NCBI GenBank assembly: GCA_963816145.1
Contig: CAWFJP010000029.1
Location: 128,001-192,000, forward strand
Direction: 5' to 3'
DNA length: 64,000 nt
Origin: an uncultured delta proteobacterium
Lineage (GTDB): Bacteria > Desulfobacterota > Binatia > UBA9968
In this document: piece by piece, positions 58,784-64,000 of the stretch
How positions within the stretch are numbered: position 1 is the stretch's first letter
How the letters are laid out: every line of letters starts with the position of its first letter
Notes under the pieces: generated by a model
What the model was told of the DNA's origin: nothing
What the model saw: the letters and a program-made list of their open reading frames with translations, nothing else
The model's database searches: none
Made by a program: the position numbers and the translations under genes

Positions 58784-59791
58784 CTAACGAGATTGCGGTG
58801 CAGCGACGGCGAAGTCGGTTCCTTGGCGTGGTAGACCGAAGCCGCAGCGCGTAGTCAGGTAACGATCGAATTCTTGGTCGGTGTGAAACTTGAAGCGCAC
58901 CGCGCCGGATTGATCCCATAGCTCTTTCGACGGTACTTCACATTGGCGGCAGCCGTCCGGTTTGTCGCAACTAGGCGGCGGCGTTCCGGTGCTGATGACG
59001 GCATTATTGCCAAGCCGCGGATCGGTGCCGCGCGCATCGGCGCGGACGAGCACGCCTTTGCCCAGGTAGTTGACGCCAGGGTACCTGCGGTCATTGCGTT
59101 CGGGGCTCAGATCCACGGGCGACTCTGTCAACCTGCCGCCGAGAATTTCCTTGGTGATGGCATTGAACTCGACTTCTTCGCCGGTGGGGAGCGTCACGAT
59201 GTTCCGCTCGCCGGCGTTGGCGATGGCGGGCAAATAGCTACGAGGGAAGAAGTACATCAAGCGGTTCATCAATTCGCTCAGGCGAAACACCCGGTCGCGC
59301 GACGGCACCCAGTCGGAAATCATCAGATGGATGTCCTGACGTGCCCGGTCGTCAAAGCGAAACTGAAAATCACGGGTGAAGAATTGGTTCCTGGTCGCAT
59401 CTCGGCGCGGCGTGAGAATTGGGTTGCCGCCATGATTGGAAAACTCGAATCCAACAATATGCCCCTGGCGGGTGCGGCGATACTGCCAGCCCGTGTTGAG
59501 CTGTGCATTGGCATTGCGGCCCGAGAGCATGGTGCCGTATTCGATGTTGCGCGATGCCAGATCTTTGGCCGGAGCGGCGATGAGAGACTCCGGTAAACTA
59601 CGGTCGACCGCGGGTTTGCTGATAACGGCCGGCGGAATCTTCTGCGGCTTTGCCGTTTGCGCTGGGGCTGAGGGCACGGGGGTTTCTTGAGCGGGTTTTT
59701 CCGGAATGGGCGGGGTCGCTGGCGGCGGTGCTTGGCATGCAGCTGCAATGAGCGCCATAGCCAGGCAGATTAGAAATAACCGCGTCGTCAT
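58784..59791 (-). CDS. hypothetical lipoprotein with Pro-rich linker
   Basis: Lipobox AAAC; Pro/Ala linker; Cys-rich C-terminus. Confidence 0.75.
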   Translation of the reverse strand: MTTRLFLICLAMALIAAACQAPPPATPPIPEKPAQETPVPSAPAQTAKPQKIPPAVISKPAVDRSLPESLIAAPAKDLASRNIEYGTMLSGRNANAQLNTGWQYRRTRQGHIVGFEFSNHGGNPILTPRRDATRNQFFTRDFQFRFDDRARQDIHLMISDWVPSRDRVFRLSELMNRLMYFFPRSYLPAIANAGERNIVTLPTGEEVEFNAITKEILGGRLTESPVDLSPERNDRRYPGVNYLGKGVLVRADARGTDPRLGNNAVISTGTPPPSCDKPDGCRQCEVPSKELWDQSGAVRFKFHTDQEFDRYLTTRCGFGLPRQGTDFAVAAPQSR

Positions 59792-59899
59792 AACCCAAAA
59801 GTGTACCATTCTTCGCAGCAGCGCGCGACGCAGGCGCTGGCCAAAAGGAACGCAAACTACCTGCCATGCGAATAAAATGTTTTCGGCAAACAACATCGC

Positions 59900-60565
59900 T
59901 CAGGGTGCCGCCTGAGCCGCCAAAAGTTGGCTCTGCAAATTGCCCGCGGTGATGACCAATCCCGAGGAGATGGGCAGACCCGCTAGTTCGAGCGCTTCGG
60001 CAACCCAGGTGTTGCAGGTGCGCAGCAAGCTAAAGCTCCGGCCTGCCGGATAGAAACGGCTGTCGGGGAATAACCCCGGAGCGGCGCGCGCGCGGCCGAG
60101 TGATTTATCGCGCGCGAAAGTGTCGTTGATATAATCGACCATGCGGCTGTAGGCCGGCGGGTTCAAGCGCAGCTCCGTGACGGCGGCGCCACGATAGAAA
60201 TTGTCCACGGTGCCTGAGAATCCGACCAAGTGCATCACACTGCCGCCGGACCACAGCGCCGCCTTGACGGCGGCGAAAACTCCCGATTGCGGATCGGGAA
60301 AATAATCCTTGTCGCCCCAACTAAACTCAATAAGCTGGGCTGCCGGGAAATCCGCCAACTCGGGCATGGTTTTGTCCGACAGGTCGCTTGTGCGCAGAAC
60401 GATCGCGGCATGCCAGGAGTTGTGCACGATAAAGACTGATTGGCATGAAGATTCCTTATTGGCGCACGCCCACTGCGAAAGCGCGTGAGGGTAAGCGACG
60501 CCAAGTGCAAAAAGTAGCGTCAATCCGCCTAGACCCAACGGCAAACTTCGCTGCAACAGCGTCAT
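59900..60565 (-). CDS. DUF2459 family protein
   Basis: WHAAIV, EFSWGD..YF, FYPA...FSL..TCNTWVA. Confidence 0.85.
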   Translation of the reverse strand: MTLLQRSLPLGLGGLTLLFALGVAYPHALSQWACANKESSCQSVFIVHNSWHAAIVLRTSDLSDKTMPELADFPAAQLIEFSWGDKDYFPDPQSGVFAAVKAALWSGGSVMHLVGFSGTVDNFYRGAAVTELRLNPPAYSRMVDYINDTFARDKSLGRARAAPGLFPDSRFYPAGRSFSLLRTCNTWVAEALELAGLPISSGLVITAGNLQSQLLAAQAAP

Positions 60566-61053
60566 AGCTCAAACTAGCCTAGGAAACAGTCCTATACCAA
60601 CCCCAATTGTCTCGCTCGCTGGGCTGGTAGAATTGCGCAAAGCTAACAAGATTGGCCTGGATTGCGGCATAGAATGCATGACGGTTAATCGAGAGTTCTT
60701 TTCCAGGCTAATTTGCGCCAACGAAGTCGCAGCCACAGACTTTGCCCGTTTTGGGGACAACGTGGGTGGGGAACAGCGGATGAGACTGATGGCAAATATT
60801 AGCGTGATATTTTCGTTGGCGGAAGCACCGGCGCTGGCGGGTATGATTCAGCTCCAAGAGGGCGATGAGGCCGTGAATTGTCAGTTGCGCGGAGCGGCGA
60901 TGGTGACAGCGGCGCCGGAAAGTAGAGTGGTGTTCCCCCAAGATGCCAGTTGTATTGAAGCGGCGGCTGAATCTCGTGAGCCGCTGAAAGACCAAGGTGT
61001 TGGCGCTATCGAAATCGCCGGTTATTCCCCCGCCCACGGCCGGCACGCCCCGA

Positions 61054-62544
61054 TTAATCAGCTTTCCGCTTTCGTTCCATCCGCAGACTAAATCCTTCAC
61101 GTTTAATGTAGACTTGAGTTGCGGCCTTGCGCCGGCTTAACTGTTCGATCAGCGCGACCAGCGGCGTGGCGGTGCTGCTGCGATAAACCTTCGGCGTGCC
61201 GGCGGCTTTCATCGTCGCCAAGGCTTCTGCGCCGGCAAAAAAATTAAGCAGCTTGTCGTCGTCGCTCACCCGGTCGCCGCCGAATTTCTCGCGAAACTCT
61301 CGCAGGGTCATTTCGGGAGCTTTCAATTGAGCCAATTCTTTGGCGCGCGCGCTCGACACCAAACGATCGCGCAGATTCGCCTTGATCGATTGGGCTTCCT
61401 CTTCGCCCCAATAGCCCAAGGCGTAAAGCAGCACTTCGTCGGTGACTTCTTGGTAACGTTGGCCGACCATCACGTTGATGGCGGCCTGGACGCCGAAGAA
61501 CTGGGAGTAGGGCGTTACCATGATCGGAAAGCCAAACTCGGCGCGCACGCGGGACACCTCTTCGAGCACCGCCGGCAGCTGGTCGAGCTTGCCCAAGTTT
61601 CCCAGTTGAAAGCGAAAATTGGAAATCATCCCGCCGGGCACCTGGTGCAACGGATGAAAGGCGTCGTATTCCAACGGTCGCCCGATCGGCAGATTCTCCT
61701 GCTTCGCTACCCTGGTGAAATGATCGCGCACTGGTTTGACGGCATCCTCGTCGACCATGGTCTGATAACCGAGAGCACGCGTGTTCATGGCGACGTTGAA
61801 CAGCGATGGATTGGACGAGCCGTCGGCGAGCGGCGGGATCGCAGTGTTGATCGAAGCGATGCCGAGTTTGATCGCTTCCAAGCAACAAATCGAGCCCAGA
61901 CCGGTGTTGCAGTGGGTGTGAAACTCCACCGGTTTGCCGTTCGCTTCGCGCAAGATCAGCGGCACCAGGCGGCGCGTCGACTCCGGTGTCAACAGGCCGC
62001 CGGGATCTTTGAAACAAAGCCGCTCGACATCGAGCTTGGCCGCTTCGCGGGTGCGTTCGACGAAGTATGCGTCGGTGTGTTTGGGTGAGATCGAATAAAT
62101 AATATTCAATATGGTTTTGAGCCCGACGCGTTTGGCGCCGGCGACCGCTTCTCGCCAGTATTTTGGTGTGTTCGACGGATCGGAGGTGCGCAGTTCCTGG
62201 ATGCCGTTGGCGGCCAAGCGTTCCAACCAAAGGTCGGTGATCGCCGGCGCGGTGATCTGAAACGCCAGCATGGAGCGGCTGCGAATCGAGCGCAGCGGTG
62301 TCTTCTTGATGCGCTGCGCCATCAGGCGAATCCGGTCCCAGGGATCGTCCTTTAAATCGCGCACACATTTTTTGTAAAACGCAGACGACATGATCTCGAT
62401 GGCTTCGAACCCGCCGCGGTCGACCTGCTCGGCGATAGGCAACATCATGCCCGTGCGCATGTTGGAGGCCCAAAGACTGAGCTGGCCATCGCGCATGGTG
62501 GTGTCGACGAAATAGACTTTGCGGTCTGGGTTCGCTTGCATCAT
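61054..62544 (-). CDS. pyruvate carboxylase subunit B / oxaloacetate decarboxylase alpha-like carboxyltransferase without a biotinyl domain
   Basis: DTTMRDGQ, FKDPGG, HTHC, HQVPGGM, MVTPYSQ. Confidence 0.9.
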   Translation of the reverse strand: MMQANPDRKVYFVDTTMRDGQLSLWASNMRTGMMLPIAEQVDRGGFEAIEIMSSAFYKKCVRDLKDDPWDRIRLMAQRIKKTPLRSIRSRSMLAFQITAPAITDLWLERLAANGIQELRTSDPSNTPKYWREAVAGAKRVGLKTILNIIYSISPKHTDAYFVERTREAAKLDVERLCFKDPGGLLTPESTRRLVPLILREANGKPVEFHTHCNTGLGSICCLEAIKLGIASINTAIPPLADGSSNPSLFNVAMNTRALGYQTMVDEDAVKPVRDHFTRVAKQENLPIGRPLEYDAFHPLHQVPGGMISNFRFQLGNLGKLDQLPAVLEEVSRVRAEFGFPIMVTPYSQFFGVQAAINVMVGQRYQEVTDEVLLYALGYWGEEEAQSIKANLRDRLVSSARAKELAQLKAPEMTLREFREKFGGDRVSDDDKLLNFFAGAEALATMKAAGTPKVYRSSTATPLVALIEQLSRRKAATQVYIKREGFSLRMERKRKAD

Positions 62545-62629
62545 GGGTGTGGAGTGGCCTGATGGAGTATTGGGGTAATGGGTCTCGGAATTTTCAACCA
62601 TCCACTACTCCAGCACTCCAATCTTTTGT

Positions 62630-62956
62630 TCAGTCGAGGTTCACATAGAGTCGGGTCCAATCGGTCGGTGTCGCGGTGTGCCCTTGGCCGGTGGTGTCTT
62701 CGGCGAGGAAGACATCGCCGGGATAAAAAGTCATGCTGCTGCCATCGCCGACGCCGATCTTGACGCAGCCGGTCAGGGTCACGACCCAACGCCGCCTGGG
62801 AGCGCGGTGAAAATTGACGATGTGGGGCGCGAAATCGTCGCGAAACAGGTGGCTGGTGGCCGGCTTGGTGTCATTGAAATAGGTCGCCTTGGCGCTGTCT
62901 AGCTTTTCGAAGTGAGATTGGCCGTCGGCACCGGCATAGAGTCGATAGAATTGCAT
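62630..62956 (-). CDS. small cupin protein
   Basis: GADGQSHF, FHRAPRR, AEDTTGQGH. Confidence 0.85.
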   Translation of the reverse strand: MQFYRLYAGADGQSHFEKLDSAKATYFNDTKPATSHLFRDDFAPHIVNFHRAPRRRWVVTLTGCVKIGVGDGSSMTFYPGDVFLAEDTTGQGHTATPTDWTRLYVNLD

Positions 62957-63082
62957 CGCAGCCTCCTGGATAAATGTGCGCTATTTCTAACATCAAATCC
63001 GTTGGCGGCGCCAGCGCCGTTTTGCTGCAAGCGGCGGCGAACGGAGAACCCGGGATTAACGTGAAGGGGGGATTGTTAGAGG

Positions 63083-63122
63083 AGGGGCAACGGCCATCGG
63101 GCGATTCTCTGCCGTTGCCCCT
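63083..63122 (-). terminator. stem-loop downstream of small ORF
   Basis: AGGGGCAACGGC ... GCCGTTGCCCCT. Confidence 0.55.
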
Positions 63123-63137
63123 GCAAGAACGAGAGGG

Positions 63138-63242
63138 TTAAACACGGCCAATGGACTGGTATATCCCCCAGATGCTGTACAAGACCGTCATACCGAGAAT
63201 ACCCCATATTAGGAGCTTCATCCAAATCGGAAAATCTGCCAT
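63138..63242 (-). CDS. 34-aa single-TM small protein (not in the ORF track)
   Basis: SD AAGGAG; MADFPIWMKLLIWGILGMTVLYSIWGIYQSIGRV. Confidence 0.75.
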   Translation of the reverse strand: MADFPIWMKLLIWGILGMTVLYSIWGIYQSIGRV

Positions 63243-63348
63243 AAATTCTCTCCTTGAAAATTGCGCTTCCGCCTGCGCCCGGACTAATTGTTAGCGTCAG
63301 TGGAAGAATTATTAATGCCGCCGAAAAGCGAACTCAGGAGAGAGTGGC

Positions 63349-63660
63349 TTAAATTCGAAATGTCAGATTGAGTGTGATCAGGGATGGTGGGTCGTAGCGA
63401 TAGTAGGCCCCCTGAAGGTTCCCGTGTGCCAATTTCAGGCTTGGAATGACGTAGGCTGTTACCGAATCGAAAAGCGGTGCGATGGTGATCAAATTATCGA
63501 CACTGACACCGTTGTCTTCGTCGATGATTTCGCTCGCAATAGCGACGGGGTTACTCCAAGGCGAGTTGGAGCCGGTGTCGCTCATGGCTGCGGCAATTCG
63601 CACTGAGCTTGCCAATAAGAATGGCAACAGCAGCGAGTAAATGATCAGTGATTTTCGCAT
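63349..63660 (-). CDS. hypothetical exported protein
   Basis: Signal-like N-terminus; ends LNLTFRI. Confidence 0.5.
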   Translation of the reverse strand: MRKSLIIYSLLLPFLLASSVRIAAAMSDTGSNSPWSNPVAIASEIIDEDNGVSVDNLITIAPLFDSVTAYVIPSLKLAHGNLQGAYYRYDPPSLITLNLTFRI

Positions 63661-63725
63661 CGTTCCAAGTCCAGTCTAGCAGGCGGTGGCGGCATGGCAA
63701 CCGCGTATGACTTTGCGCGACCCGC

Positions 63726-64000
63726 TCACAGCGGCGTCACGCTCGGTGGGGGCTTGCGATGCTTGGTCGCCTGCTCGTAGGCGTAGGCGAATTTGAGCAT
63801 GTTGCCGTCGTCGTAGGGGCGGCCGAGAAAGGTGATGCCTGCGGGCAAGCTGTCGCGGGTGAATCCCGCTGGGACGACCACCGACGGCACGTAAACCAAA
63901 AAGGTGTTGATATGCGGCGCGCCTTTTTGATCGACATAGGGCGGATTGATGCCATCTTTGATCAGCGTGGGCTGATGCTCCACGGCTTTGTGCACGATGG
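63726..64000 (-). CDS. amidase signature family protein, C-terminal part (runs off the window)
   Basis: PSVVVPAGF...LPAGITFLGRPYDD...AYAYEQAT.HRKPP. Confidence 0.9.
   Translation of the reverse strand, partial: IVHKAVEHQPTLIKDGINPPYVDQKGAPHINTFLVYVPSVVVPAGFTRDSLPAGITFLGRPYDDGNMLKFAYAYEQATKHRKPPPSVTPL

Noticed and set aside
60633-61091. 152-aa plus-strand ORF
   Set aside because: No recognisable motif, and it overlaps the end of the carboxyltransferase gene; cannot be supported.

Overview
GC-rich bacterial DNA. The gene content (orphan ABC and TTT solute-binding proteins, amidohydrolases, VOC, cupin, LLM and M20 enzymes) resembles Candidatus Binatia-type deltaproteobacteria; this is an inference, not verified. 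Bases 1-15.2 kb hold a thioesterase-less NRPS locus: A-T-C-A-T, then docking-C-A-T, DUF3326, a deleted A/T relic and C-A-T. The locus is organised under two copies of a ~297-bp promoter/leader repeat, and one A domain carries Lys2-type (2-aminoadipate) motifs. Bases 15.3-64 kb hold catabolic, transport and cytochrome genes. Their intergenic spaces contain a layered set of short mobile-looking elements: a GxxExxY gene inside 32-bp inverted repeats with several empty copies of related arms, a ~200-bp element inserted twice into those arms, MITEs with IS1595-, IS1182/IS5- and IS200/IS605-like ends that carry GTCAT-type REP pairs, and 7/8-bp periodic inverted arms. Integron cassette relics (attC-like and attI-like sites, BrnT/BrnA) occur at 35.9-39.1 kb without an integrase. 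Four single-base frameshifts in short homopolymers look like sequencing errors. No rRNA, tRNA or CRISPR array was seen. All family assignments are by motif recognition only; no searches were run.
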